Source: Opitutaceae bacterium
Lineage (GTDB): Bacteria; Verrucomicrobiota; Verrucomicrobiia; Opitutales; Opitutaceae
Direction: 5' to 3'
DNA length: 64,000 nt
Assembly (NCBI GenBank): GCA_024233285.1
Contig: JACKPU010000002.1
Span: 324,954-388,953 of the forward strand
The notes beneath the pieces are model-generated. The model had not been told where the DNA came from and searched no databases. It saw only the letters and a list, made by a program, of their open reading frames with translations. Both the position numbers and the translations under genes were made by a program. Position 1 is the first letter of the stretch, and each line of letters starts with the position of its first letter. Below, in pieces: positions 29,170-39,912 of the stretch.

Positions 29170-29253
29170 TCAGAATTTTTCCGGCCAGAGCACTGCTCCA
29201 ATCAGGTAGGCGAAAGCTGCGAGAGAGATCAGACTGACAATGATGATTTCCAT
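29170..29253 (-). CDS. kdpF: KdpF peptide
   Basis: Hand translation MEIIIVSLISLAAFAYLIGAVLWPEKF; ends in the YL..A...PEKF KdpF signature. Confidence 0.88.
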   Translation of the reverse strand: MEIIIVSLISLAAFAYLIGAVLWPEKF

Positions 29254-29360
29254 GGTGATGAGGGTTGGGAGAAATGGGTGTGCGACATTTCGGCTGGGAG
29301 CCGTGCGGCGGAAACTGCGCCGGCGTGCTGTTCAAAAGTCACATCGTTCATGCGATGTGG

Positions 29361-29428
29361 AGTATGCCACCATCGGGTTTGGACGCCTAATTAAGAAGCG
29401 CCTTCAAACCATTAAGATAATGTTAAGA
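29361..29428 (-). promoter_or_regulatory. Putative kdp promoter with KdpE-type direct repeats
   Basis: Minus strand TCTTAA-CATTA-TCTTAA (29428-29412, 11-bp period), a third TCTTAA at 29396-29391, and a -10-like CATACT at 29366-29361. Confidence 0.55.
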
Positions 29429-29482
29429 TCCCCAGCCGCTATTTGCTGCGGGATCAGCCATCAATCCGGGGAGGCTGGGGGC

Positions 29483-30424
29483 TTAGCGTTCCGGCAATGC
29501 GCGGAGATAGTTCAGGTCCTTGCGAATGTCCTGCTCCTGACGCGCGGCGAGGGCGTGCAGGTCGGCGGGTGGCAGGTTCTCGAGGTCGAGATACAGGCCG
29601 GCTTCGCGCAGCGTGGCTGCGGATTCATAAATCGGAATGTTGGCGTAGTTTTCCGCGGGTTGCAGATCCGGACGCTGAAATTTGTTCAATGGCGCGGCGT
29701 AGCCCGTCGTGTTCTGGATGAGAATGCGATCGACCGGGGCCGTGGATGAAATGACCGGCAGGATCGCCGGCAAATCGATGTCGCCCGCGCCGAGCGCGGT
29801 GCCGGCGCTGTAAATCGTGCCGGCCACGCGCACCAGTTTCTGATCCTTGATGTGTGTGGAGATCGTGCGCGGGGCAAGGGCACGGGCGGCTTCGACCGGG
29901 TCGCCGTAAACGACGAGATCGTTGCCGGTGTCGAGACAGGCACCGATCAACGGATCGTCGATCGCCTCAAGCAGCTGCCGCAGTTCGGCGGCGGTGACGT
30001 CCTCGTGATTCTCGATCGCAATGCGCACACCGAGCCGGCGGGCGAGGGGGAGCACCTCGGTCATGGCCGCACGGGCTTCTGCAATGGTCTGATCAATCGT
30101 GCCGTGAAAGCCGATGACGGTGCGCAATGTGTCCGCGCCCACTTCGGCCGCGAGCTCGAGTTGGCGCGCAACCAGAGCCGCATCCGTCGCATGACCGCCG
30201 CCGATCTCGGCAAAGAAGCCCAGCGTTTCGAGGTGCGTGCGCACGCGGCGCACATGCGCCGCGTCATCCGGATCACCGCCCAGAAATCGTCCCTGCGGTC
30301 CGTTGATGTTGAGCTGCACACCGGAGAAGCCCTGCTGTGCCAGCCAATCGAGCGTGCGAAACACGTCGTAGCGTCCGGCGGCTAGCGCGATGTGGAAGGA
30401 GAACGTATCGATACCGATCTTCAT
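29483..30424 (-). CDS. Sugar phosphate isomerase/epimerase (xylose isomerase-like TIM barrel)
   Basis: IAIENHED, ACLDTGN, THIKD, LGAGDIDL. Confidence 0.88.
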   Translation of the reverse strand: MKIGIDTFSFHIALAAGRYDVFRTLDWLAQQGFSGVQLNINGPQGRFLGGDPDDAAHVRRVRTHLETLGFFAEIGGGHATDAALVARQLELAAEVGADTLRTVIGFHGTIDQTIAEARAAMTEVLPLARRLGVRIAIENHEDVTAAELRQLLEAIDDPLIGACLDTGNDLVVYGDPVEAARALAPRTISTHIKDQKLVRVAGTIYSAGTALGAGDIDLPAILPVISSTAPVDRILIQNTTGYAAPLNKFQRPDLQPAENYANIPIYESAATLREAGLYLDLENLPPADLHALAARQEQDIRKDLNYLRALPER

Positions 30425-30885
30425 GGGAGGCGGAAGAAAAGCACCGCGGCGAGCAAGGCCCAGAAGACTCCGAAAGCGGCGGCGAACAGGCCGGCCTGGC
30501 CGGCGACTTTCAGGCTCCAGACCGATTTCGCGAGGCCGCCGAAAAACATCAGGATGAGGCCGAGTTGCAGGCTACGGTGCCAGAACGCGGCCAGTGAAAC
30601 GATCATCAGCACCAACACGGCGAGCAGCGCGCTGACTTTGGCGAGCGTCCACGGCGGGGTCACGTAGGCCTTTTCCACATCGATGAACCGCTCGACCCAA
30701 GGGTGCACCTTGACGGGCTTGGGGAACCAGCACCAGCTGGTGGCCAACCCGAGCACGCCGAGCAGCAGCACCGGCCAGCTCTGCAACCACGCGCCGTAAA
30801 ACATCACGACGCCAAACAGCGGGCGCATGAACCAGCTCCAAGGGTTTTTGTGCCGTTCCCACAATCTGGTCAGCAGAGGGCGCAT
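30421..30885 (-). CDS. Small membrane protein (DUF6653-like)
   Basis: WERHKNPWSW..R motif, several TMs, WFPKP; overlaps the next gene by 4 bp. Confidence 0.6.
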   Translation of the reverse strand: MRPLLTRLWERHKNPWSWFMRPLFGVVMFYGAWLQSWPVLLLGVLGLATSWCWFPKPVKVHPWVERFIDVEKAYVTPPWTLAKVSALLAVLVLMIVSLAAFWHRSLQLGLILMFFGGLAKSVWSLKVAGQAGLFAAAFGVFWALLAAVLFFRLP

Positions 30886-30973
30886 GGCCCGCAATCTTTC
30901 CAAGACCGGCCGCCAATGCAATGATGTTGGTTTGCATTTGCGAGTCGAACGGAGGGCGTTACCTTGGCCCTCC

Positions 30974-31945
30974 ATGAGTGATTTCGTGCAGGCCGATCAA
31001 CTGGTGGCGGCGGAGCAGGCGTTGACGCGTTTGCGGTCGAGCATGCGCGCCATCATCAAGGGCAAGGATGCGATCATCGACCAAGTGATCACGGCCTTGC
31101 TTGCCGGTGGACATGTGCTGATCGAGGACATGCCCGGGGTGGGCAAGACCACGCTCGCCTATGCGCTGGCGCGCTCGATCGACTGTGATTTTTCCCGCAT
31201 CCAATTCACCAGCGACCTCCTGCCCGGCGACGTGACCGGCGTGGCGATTTACGACGAGAACGAAAAGCGTTTTGTGTTCAAACCGGGTCCGGTCTTTGCG
31301 CATGTGGTGCTCACTGACGAGATCAACCGTGCCACGCCCAAGACCCAATCGGCGCTGCTCGAAGTCATGGATCGCGCCCGCGTGACGGTGGACGGCGTGT
31401 CGCATGCGATTGACGCACCGTTCATGGTGTTTGCGACGCAGAACCCGCTCGATTACGAAGGCACCTTCCCGTTGCCGGAGAGCCAGATGGATCGGTTCCT
31501 TATGCGCCTGCACATGGGTTATCCGGAAACGGCGGACGAACTGGCGATTCTGCGCACGGCCCGGCGCAACTACGACGCCATTGAGCTCGAACCCGTGGTG
31601 ACGCGCGCCGAAATCGCGCATTTGCAGACGATGGCCGGCCAGGTGTTCATTGAGGACACGGTGCTCGACTACATTTTGAAGCTCGTCACCGCCACGCGCA
31701 CCGAGGCGGAGTTTAAAGGCGGCATCAGTGTGCGCGGCGGCCTGGCCCTGCGTGCCGCGGCGCAGGCGCGGGCGTTGCTGCTGGGCCGCGATTTCGTCAT
31801 GCCGGACGATGTGAGCGAACTGGTGGTGCCGGTCTTTGCGCATCGTCTCGCCTGGCTGCGGCAGGCCGCCGATCCCTTGGAGGAGCGCCGTTTGATCACC
31901 GTGGCCCTGCGCCGCATCCTCGGCGCGATTCCTCCGCCGGTGTGA
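30974..31945 (+). CDS. MoxR family AAA+ ATPase
   Basis: GHVLIEDMPGVGKT, RIQFTSDLLP, DEINRATPKTQSALLE, ATQNP, EGTFPLPESQMDRF. Confidence 0.95.
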   Translation: MSDFVQADQLVAAEQALTRLRSSMRAIIKGKDAIIDQVITALLAGGHVLIEDMPGVGKTTLAYALARSIDCDFSRIQFTSDLLPGDVTGVAIYDENEKRFVFKPGPVFAHVVLTDEINRATPKTQSALLEVMDRARVTVDGVSHAIDAPFMVFATQNPLDYEGTFPLPESQMDRFLMRLHMGYPETADELAILRTARRNYDAIELEPVVTRAEIAHLQTMAGQVFIEDTVLDYILKLVTATRTEAEFKGGISVRGGLALRAAAQARALLLGRDFVMPDDVSELVVPVFAHRLAWLRQAADPLEERRLITVALRRILGAIPPPV

Positions 31946-31949
31946 GCCC

Positions 31950-33173
31950 ATGGCCGGACCGGTTAAACACGACGGTTGGGCCGGGCCGAATGGCGTGAAG
32001 CCGCCGCGGCGCCCGTTTCGCTGGCGGCATCTGGTCTGGGCCATCATTTATCCCGGCCGGCATCAACATATGGTGCCCACGGTGTCGGGTATGCTGCTGA
32101 TCGGCCTGTCGCTCGGCGTGGGCACCGCGGCCTACAATGCCTCGAACAACATCCTGTTCATCACGCTCGCCCTCCTGCTGGCCTGTTTGATTTTGAGCGG
32201 CGTGTTGTCGTGGTTGAATTTTTCGCGGCTGCGCTGGCGACTGCTCTTTCCGCCCGCAGCCCGCGCGGAGCAGCCCGTGCCCATCACGCTCGAACTGGCC
32301 AACGACAAAAGGCTGCTACCCACCTATGGATTGGAATGCCTGCTGTCGGCGCGTCCGATTGGCGATGCGGCGCCGGCCGCTCCGCAAACGACCTTCACGG
32401 CCCGCGGCAAAGACGTGAAAGCGATTTTGCAGCGCCCGAATCAGGTGGTCGAAAACCGTCTGCGGCAGCATGGTCGGATTGATCCCTCGGATCTCCTGAC
32501 GCTCGACTGGCCGTGGGTGCCGGCCAAACGCGGGCAGTGGGAGATCGAGTTGATCGCGGTCGGTTCACTTTTCCCGTTCGGGTTTTTTCACAAACGATTG
32601 GGTGCGCGTCTGCGCCGTATGATCACCGTGTGGCCGGCGCCGATCGATTATCAACGCGACGCGGCATTCGGCGGGCACGCGAGCGGGCAAGCCGCCCGGC
32701 TGGCGCGCGCGGGCCAAGGCGGCGATCTGCACGCGCTGCGGCGCTACGCTGCCGGCGATTCGCATCGCTTGATCCATTGGAAGGCCAGTGCGCGCAGCGG
32801 CCGTTTACTCGTGCGACAATTCGCGGCGGAAGCGACCGAGCGGCACGAATTGCATTTTCCCACGGACGCCGCGTGGTGGCCGCGGGAGGAACAGTTTGAA
32901 AAAGCCGTGCGCCTCGCGGCGACGCTGGCCGAGGAGTTGTTTCACGCGGGGCGATTGCACCGGGTGGAGCTGGGCGCGGGTCCGCCACGGCCCATCCGGC
33001 ATGTCCGCGATCTGGAGGCGATTTTGGACGAACTGGCGGTGTGCTCCCGCCGTGACGAATCCGGCGCACCCGTGCCGGCGCGCGCAAACCTCCGCAGCGT
33101 AATCACCTTCAAGCCCGAGGGCACCACGGGCGTGTGCGCTTACATCGATGGCAAACCGGCGGCCACAGCTTAA
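31950..33173 (+). CDS. DUF58 domain protein
   Basis: N-terminal TMs, FPFGFF, LRRYAAGD..RLIHWKASAR. Confidence 0.9.
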   Translation: MAGPVKHDGWAGPNGVKPPRRPFRWRHLVWAIIYPGRHQHMVPTVSGMLLIGLSLGVGTAAYNASNNILFITLALLLACLILSGVLSWLNFSRLRWRLLFPPAARAEQPVPITLELANDKRLLPTYGLECLLSARPIGDAAPAAPQTTFTARGKDVKAILQRPNQVVENRLRQHGRIDPSDLLTLDWPWVPAKRGQWEIELIAVGSLFPFGFFHKRLGARLRRMITVWPAPIDYQRDAAFGGHASGQAARLARAGQGGDLHALRRYAAGDSHRLIHWKASARSGRLLVRQFAAEATERHELHFPTDAAWWPREEQFEKAVRLAATLAEELFHAGRLHRVELGAGPPRPIRHVRDLEAILDELAVCSRRDESGAPVPARANLRSVITFKPEGTTGVCAYIDGKPAATA

Positions 33174-35313
33174 CGACGACGATCTGCAGCGCGTCAAATG
33201 GCGGCTGGGCGGCCTGCTCACGTTGCTGGCGGTGTCGGCGGTGCTTTATCTGGATGTGCCGGCCTGGCCATTGTTGCTGCTCATTGTGCTCGGCGTGGGG
33301 ATCGTGATGTGGAAACCCGCGTGGCCGGCGCGGATACCGGCATGGTGTCACCGGCTGGCTTTCCCGTTCATTGTGGTGAGCTTTGTCGCCGACTTGTATC
33401 TGACGGGCGAACCGTTGCCGGCGTTGGTGCGCCTGGACCTGCTGCTCTTGTTTTATCGCAGCGTGATGCATCGCAAACGGCGCGACGACCTGCAGCTGGT
33501 GATTCTGGGACTGTTCCTCGTGGTGCTGGCGGGCGTGCTCACCGTGTCGTTGTTCTTCGTCGTGCAGATTCTCGCGTTCACGGCCTGTGCGCTCGTGTTT
33601 CTGCTCTTGGTGACGCTGGCACCGCAATCGTCAGTGGATGAAGGCGCACCAAAGTGGGCGGTTTCGGGCTGGAACGGACTTTGGGGTCGGGTGCGGGCGG
33701 CGATGGATGAACGCGTGGCATTGCTTGCAGGTGGTTTATTCGCGGGTCTCGTGGTCTTGTCAGCCGGGCTGTTCATGGCGATTCCGCGGTTTGAATTGCA
33801 GAACAGTTTGTTCCTTGAGCGCTTCATGACCAAAAAGGCGAAGACGGGATTTTCCGACCGGATTTCGTTTGGCGATGTGACGGATATTCAGCAGGACAGC
33901 AGCGTGGCGGTGCGCATTGATGTCACTGACGCGGCGCAAATCCCGGCTGATCCGTATTGGCGGATGGTGGTGCTGGATGAGTATCGCGACGCGACATTTC
34001 GCTTGTCCGCCTGGATGCAACGGAATGCGTTTACCCCCGAACGCACCCGGGCCGGTGAACGTGGCGATGTGCCGCCCCGGCTCGGCGAACCAGCCTTGTG
34101 GACGTTCTACCTCGAATCGGGGGTGAGCCGTTATCTGCCGCTGACGGGTCCCTTTGAGGTGCTGTTGTTCCGTGAACGGCAGAATTTTCGTTCGGCCCCG
34201 GCGCTGGGTTTGATCGCGCTACGCAATGAACCGGTGTCGATGATGGCTTATCAGGTGCAAGGCATGGTCAGTGGAACAACTTTGCCGGACAAGGCGTTTG
34301 CCGCTCAAATCGCCGGTGCCGACGGTGAAAAATCGACGACCTTGCGTTTGGAATTGGGAGAGGAAGACCGGGCGAAACTGGCGGCGGTTGTGCGCGAAAT
34401 CACGCAGGGAGAGACGGTTTCCGCCGCGGAATTCGCCCGCCGCGCAAGCCAATGGCTGCAAAGCAAGCACGACTACGGGCTGCAATCGCAGACGCCGGCA
34501 GGGGCGGGCGATCCGCTGGTGCGCTGGCTGTTGTCCGATGCGCCGGGCCACTGTGAATTGTTTGCCGGTTCGTTGGTGGTGCTGGCGCGCAGCGCGGGTT
34601 TCCCGGCGCGGGTGGTCACGGGTTTTCGCGGTGGAAATTGGAATGGGTTCAGCAACAACTACACGTTGCGCAATTCGGATGCCCATGCCTGGTGCGAGGT
34701 GTTTGACCGGGAAGCGCAAGCCTGGTTGCGCGCCGATCCCACGCCCGGTGCGGCCAGCGTGGGGCAGGATGATCCGCAATTGACCGGTGCGCAAACGCGT
34801 GCAGTGGATCGCAGCTGGACGGCGCGCTTGGACAGTCTGCGCGTGTTTTGGTATCGCCGCATCGTCAACTTCGACCAGAGCACGCAGGTCGAAACAGCCA
34901 AAGCGGTAAGGTCGGCCGTGCAGGAGACCGGCCGCCGCATCCGCGAGTGGCTGCAACGCTCTGGTGAACAATTCAAGGCGTGGGTGCAGGCGCCGTGGAA
35001 TTGGGACCGTGGCGCGGTGACGGCGGGTGCGCTCTTGGCAGTGCTGGGTTGCGGTTGGGTGCTGCTGCTTGCGGTGCGTCGTGTGCGATTACTCGCGTGG
35101 CGCAAACACAAGCTGCATCCGGTCCGGTTGGAAGCCGGACGCTGGTTGGTGCGACTGACCGGAAAGACGAATGATGGAAACCTGTGCCGCGATTTGCAGC
35201 AGTTGCGCTACGGCGCGGAAGTCAACTGGCCCATTCCCACGAGGACATTTGCCCGGGCGCGCCGGGAATGGCGGCGGGTGAAGCGAATGACGCTTATTCA
35301 GAAGCAGCCTTGA
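33148..35313 (+). CDS. TgpA-like transglutaminase (DUF3488 plus TG core)
   Basis: N-terminal TMs, YWRMVVLD, GHCELFA, ARVVTGFRGG, DAHAWCEV, W...DPTP. Confidence 0.9.
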   Translation: MANRRPQLNDDDLQRVKWRLGGLLTLLAVSAVLYLDVPAWPLLLLIVLGVGIVMWKPAWPARIPAWCHRLAFPFIVVSFVADLYLTGEPLPALVRLDLLLLFYRSVMHRKRRDDLQLVILGLFLVVLAGVLTVSLFFVVQILAFTACALVFLLLVTLAPQSSVDEGAPKWAVSGWNGLWGRVRAAMDERVALLAGGLFAGLVVLSAGLFMAIPRFELQNSLFLERFMTKKAKTGFSDRISFGDVTDIQQDSSVAVRIDVTDAAQIPADPYWRMVVLDEYRDATFRLSAWMQRNAFTPERTRAGERGDVPPRLGEPALWTFYLESGVSRYLPLTGPFEVLLFRERQNFRSAPALGLIALRNEPVSMMAYQVQGMVSGTTLPDKAFAAQIAGADGEKSTTLRLELGEEDRAKLAAVVREITQGETVSAAEFARRASQWLQSKHDYGLQSQTPAGAGDPLVRWLLSDAPGHCELFAGSLVVLARSAGFPARVVTGFRGGNWNGFSNNYTLRNSDAHAWCEVFDREAQAWLRADPTPGAASVGQDDPQLTGAQTRAVDRSWTARLDSLRVFWYRRIVNFDQSTQVETAKAVRSAVQETGRRIREWLQRSGEQFKAWVQAPWNWDRGAVTAGALLAVLGCGWVLLLAVRRVRLLAWRKHKLHPVRLEAGRWLVRLTGKTNDGNLCRDLQQLRYGAEVNWPIPTRTFARARREWRRVKRMTLIQKQP

Positions 35314-37258
35314 ACGGCTGGAGGGCCGGCTTGGCGGGGTTGGTCTTTTTGCGGAAATATTCCTGCATGATGCGACTCGCCACCGGGGCGGCGTAGAGGC
35401 CGCCGCCGAATTCTTCACCCGCGGTGTCGCCTTCAATCACCACGGCGATCGCGATCTCGGGTTTTTCGGCCGGAGCAAAGCAGATGAACCATGCGGCGTT
35501 CTTGTCGCCGGGGATTTGGGCGGTGCCGGTTTTGCCTGCGATGGTGACGCCGGGCACGCGCAGGGCGGCGAGATTGGTCAGCACCTTGGCGGTGCCGGTG
35601 GTGGTGCAACCAATCATGCCCTCGAGCAAAGCGGCGCGTTGTTCGGCGGTCAGGCCGATGGATTCGTGACGTTGTTTCGGGGCGTTGGCCTGATGGAGGA
35701 GGGTGGGCTTGGTCCAGACCTCGTTGCGCGCAACGGAAGCGGCAAAGCAGGCCATTTCCAACGGCGTTACCAGCACATAACCCTGGCCGATCGCCATGTT
35801 GGCCGTATCCCCGGGGAACCATTTTTGGCCGACGTTTTCCACCTTCCACGCGTTGTCCGGAATGACCATGCGTCCGGTCTCGTGCGGCAGCTCGATGCCA
35901 GTGCGGCGATCCATCTGGAAACGACGGGCCTCAGCCGCGACTTGCTCGGCGGTCGTGCGCCAGCCCGCCTCATAATAGAAGATGTCGCAGCTGTCGGAGA
36001 TGGCTTCGGGCAGCAAGACGTCGCCGTGATGACCGCGACCGTTATAGCAGACATAACGACGGCCGCCGCGCACAAACGAACCCGCGCAGGTAATGATGGG
36101 CTCGTCGGGTTCGATCGCGCCGGCCCGCAGCGCGGCGATGCTGGTGAGAATCTTGAACGTGGAACCCGGCGGATAGGCGCTGCTGATCGCGCGATTGGCC
36201 CAAGCCTGACGTTGTTCGATATCCTTGCTGTCGGTGAAGGAAAGCCGCGGGGAAAAAATGTTGAGGTCGTAGTCGGGCACACTGGCGAGGACGAGCACCT
36301 CGCCGGTGTTCACATCGATGGCGACGGCGGCGCCCGGGGTGTCGAATTCGCGCAGCTTGGCTTCGGCGGCCTGCTGCAAGTCCATGTCGAGGGAAGTGAC
36401 GATGTTCTCGCCCTGCACGGGCGATTTTTTGTCCAACGGCGGATTGATGCGGTAGCCCGCCGGATCGACGCGAAAAATGGTGCCGCCGGCTTCGCCTTGC
36501 AGGCGTTCGTCGAAGGTCTTTTCCAATCCGTCGCGACCGATGCTGCCCTTGAGTTTGAACGTGCGCAGGTCGTCGCCCGGAAAATCATCGGCCTCGATGT
36601 CCGGGTTGATGCCGACGTAACCGAGGGTGTGCGCGGCCGCCGGACCATAAGGGTAGTAACGCTTGCTCGAGGTGTAGACTTGCAGCGGGGAACTGACAGG
36701 CAGGCTCTCGAGCAGTTTGGCGTATTCCGCGGGCTCAAGGTCATCGAGCAACGTGTAGGGCAGCAAGAGCTCGCGAATGAAGTGATTGGTCAGGTCGCGG
36801 CCATCGACCTTTTCACCGCGCCCCAAGATGGAGTTCACCTGGTCGAGGTAGCGCTGCACGACGCTGGCGCGGGCGATCTGCTCCATTTGATACGACGACG
36901 GCAGGTCCTTGTCGCCGGTCTGGCGGTAGTTTTTGCGGATGCGGATGTATTCGCGGCGGAATTCGCGGCGCAGTTCGTCGAGGTAAAGCACGACGGAAAA
37001 GCGCGGACGGTTGCCGACGATCAGGCGGCCGTCGCGGTCGTAGATGTTGCCGCGCGGACCGGGGACGAGAATGCGGCGCTGGCTTTGCATGCGCTCGCGC
37101 TCGTGATGTTCGTCGGTGCGGAACAGCTGTTGATACGCGATCCCGCCCGCGAGCGTGAGCAGCAGGATTGCGACGATAAAATAGAACAGGATGACGCGCG
37201 GATCGTAGCCCTTGTGCGACTCGACGAGATTGCCGGATTGGGAGGAAAGGTCGGCCAT
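35294..37258 (-). CDS. mrdA: Penicillin-binding protein 2
   Basis: RGNIYDR, PGSTFK (SxxK), SCD, KTGTAQ; follows mreD. Confidence 0.93.
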   Translation of the reverse strand: MADLSSQSGNLVESHKGYDPRVILFYFIVAILLLTLAGGIAYQQLFRTDEHHERERMQSQRRILVPGPRGNIYDRDGRLIVGNRPRFSVVLYLDELRREFRREYIRIRKNYRQTGDKDLPSSYQMEQIARASVVQRYLDQVNSILGRGEKVDGRDLTNHFIRELLLPYTLLDDLEPAEYAKLLESLPVSSPLQVYTSSKRYYPYGPAAAHTLGYVGINPDIEADDFPGDDLRTFKLKGSIGRDGLEKTFDERLQGEAGGTIFRVDPAGYRINPPLDKKSPVQGENIVTSLDMDLQQAAEAKLREFDTPGAAVAIDVNTGEVLVLASVPDYDLNIFSPRLSFTDSKDIEQRQAWANRAISSAYPPGSTFKILTSIAALRAGAIEPDEPIITCAGSFVRGGRRYVCYNGRGHHGDVLLPEAISDSCDIFYYEAGWRTTAEQVAAEARRFQMDRRTGIELPHETGRMVIPDNAWKVENVGQKWFPGDTANMAIGQGYVLVTPLEMACFAASVARNEVWTKPTLLHQANAPKQRHESIGLTAEQRAALLEGMIGCTTTGTAKVLTNLAALRVPGVTIAGKTGTAQIPGDKNAAWFICFAPAEKPEIAIAVVIEGDTAGEEFGGGLYAAPVASRIMQEYFRKKTNPAKPALQPFKAASE

Positions 37259-37263
37259 GGCGG

Positions 37264-37776
37264 TTACAGACGTCCCCGCAGGGCGAAGCGGTTGAGGTCA
37301 ATGATGCGGCTTTGCAGGGCGAAAAACCAAGGACCGATCAGTGCGATGAATATTTCCGAAAGCAGCAGATCCCAAATCAAGCGCGGCCAGAGTTGTGCGA
37401 TGACCGGCTGGCGCACGATCAAGATGAGACTGAGGGCGAGGTAGAGCGCGGCATTTGCGATCAGCGCGATGATGACCTGGGAAGTGCCGTGGTCGGCGGG
37501 CAGGCGATGCCGCGATTTACAGATCATCGCGTGGGCGAGGGCGAAGAGCAGCAGATGCGTGCCAGGCGGAACGGGCGCCACGGCATCGCAAAACAGTCCC
37601 GCCGCCGCGGACAGCAGCAAACCGCTGCGCGCGGGAAATTGCAGGGCGGTGAATGTCACGTAGAGCGCGCCGACAAACAGATGCACCCCGTGGCCGGCCA
37701 GATAATGATTTATCTGGGCGGTCAGCGCCCACAACAGCAGCAAAGCGCCGGACATCAGCAACCATTGGCGGCGCAT
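37264..37776 (-). CDS. mreD: Rod-shape protein MreD (divergent)
   Basis: Hydrophobic 170 aa with GLFCD, located between mreC and mrdA. Confidence 0.75.
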   Translation of the reverse strand: MRRQWLLMSGALLLLWALTAQINHYLAGHGVHLFVGALYVTFTALQFPARSGLLLSAAAGLFCDAVAPVPPGTHLLLFALAHAMICKSRHRLPADHGTSQVIIALIANAALYLALSLILIVRQPVIAQLWPRLIWDLLLSEIFIALIGPWFFALQSRIIDLNRFALRGRL

Positions 37777-37780
37777 GGCA

Positions 37781-38611
37781 TCAGCTCGTGCTTACGGGCA
37801 CGAGCACGGTGACCTCGGTGAGTTCGCCGAGGCGCGGGTCGAGCTCGACCTCGCCGGTTTTGAAAAGCCCGTCGGTGCTGGGTTCGAGTTTGACCACGCG
37901 ACCCAGCGTCAAGCCGGCAGGAAAAACGCCGCCCAAGCCGGAAGTGACGAGACGTTTGGTGGAAGTGGAGCTGGCGAATATGTCGAGCGGCACGAATTCG
38001 ATCACGCCCTTGGCCGGCCCATAAGTCGGATTGAGGCCGCCTTGAAAGCTCATCGGCCGGTCATCGCCCTCGACGACCGCGGCGAGGCGCACGCCGGGGC
38101 TGCTGATGAGTTCGACCACCGAAGTGTAAGCATGCACTTCGGTGACGCGACCGACTACGCCGCCGGAGAACACGACCGGGGAGCCGACCGTGATGCCGTA
38201 GTTGCGGCCCTTGCGGATGATGACGCGCTGCCACCACACCGAGAAATCGCGTTGCACCACCCGGGCGTGTTCGAACCGATGCGCCGGTTGGGGCGGAATG
38301 CGCAACAGGTTTTGCATGCGGTCGAGCTCCGCGCGCAGCGTGGTGTTTTCCTGCACGGCGAGTTCGTAGGAGGCGTTGACCCGGGCCAGGTCGCGACCGG
38401 CCTCGATCAGTTCGTGCTTCGACTGCGTGCGCAGCGACCAGTATTCCTGTAAGTCGCGGACATGGGACGCACTGACGGCGACGGGCGCCTGCAACTCGAA
38501 GAACGAGGCGCGCATGAACGATTTGACCGCCACGGGCAGCACCAGCCACGCGATCACCACGATGGCCAGGGTCAGAAAGGGTTTGGCTTGATCAAAACGA
38601 TTGGAGGGCAC
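37781..38611 (-). CDS. mreC: Rod-shape protein MreC
   Basis: TM, coiled coil (ENTTLR), GVVGRV, VTSGLGGVFPAGLTLG. Confidence 0.93.
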   Translation of the reverse strand: MPSNRFDQAKPFLTLAIVVIAWLVLPVAVKSFMRASFFELQAPVAVSASHVRDLQEYWSLRTQSKHELIEAGRDLARVNASYELAVQENTTLRAELDRMQNLLRIPPQPAHRFEHARVVQRDFSVWWQRVIIRKGRNYGITVGSPVVFSGGVVGRVTEVHAYTSVVELISSPGVRLAAVVEGDDRPMSFQGGLNPTYGPAKGVIEFVPLDIFASSTSTKRLVTSGLGGVFPAGLTLGRVVKLEPSTDGLFKTGEVELDPRLGELTEVTVLVPVSTS

Positions 38612-38685
38612 GACTTCGCGCGCAACCTAACCCCCGGCCCATGCAAGGCCATCAGAAAAACGAATCCGCCGGCGGATTGTCCGGC

Positions 38686-39795
<1,110 letters not shown>

Positions 39796-39912
39796 TTACG
39801 CAGGAAATGGAGGGGAATCGGGAATCGTGATGGACCAAGGATTGCGACCATGCCCGGTTGCTCTTGACCCATCCGATTGCGGCGGGCGTGCTGTTTGGCG
39901 GCGCGCAACCAT

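Noticed and set aside
35516-37444. 642-aa plus-strand ORF; similar long ORFs at 22268-24061, 44693-46201 and 56102-58084
   Set aside because: Antisense shadows of mrdA, kdpD, dnaG and rapA; expected with high-GC codon bias and carrying no motifs
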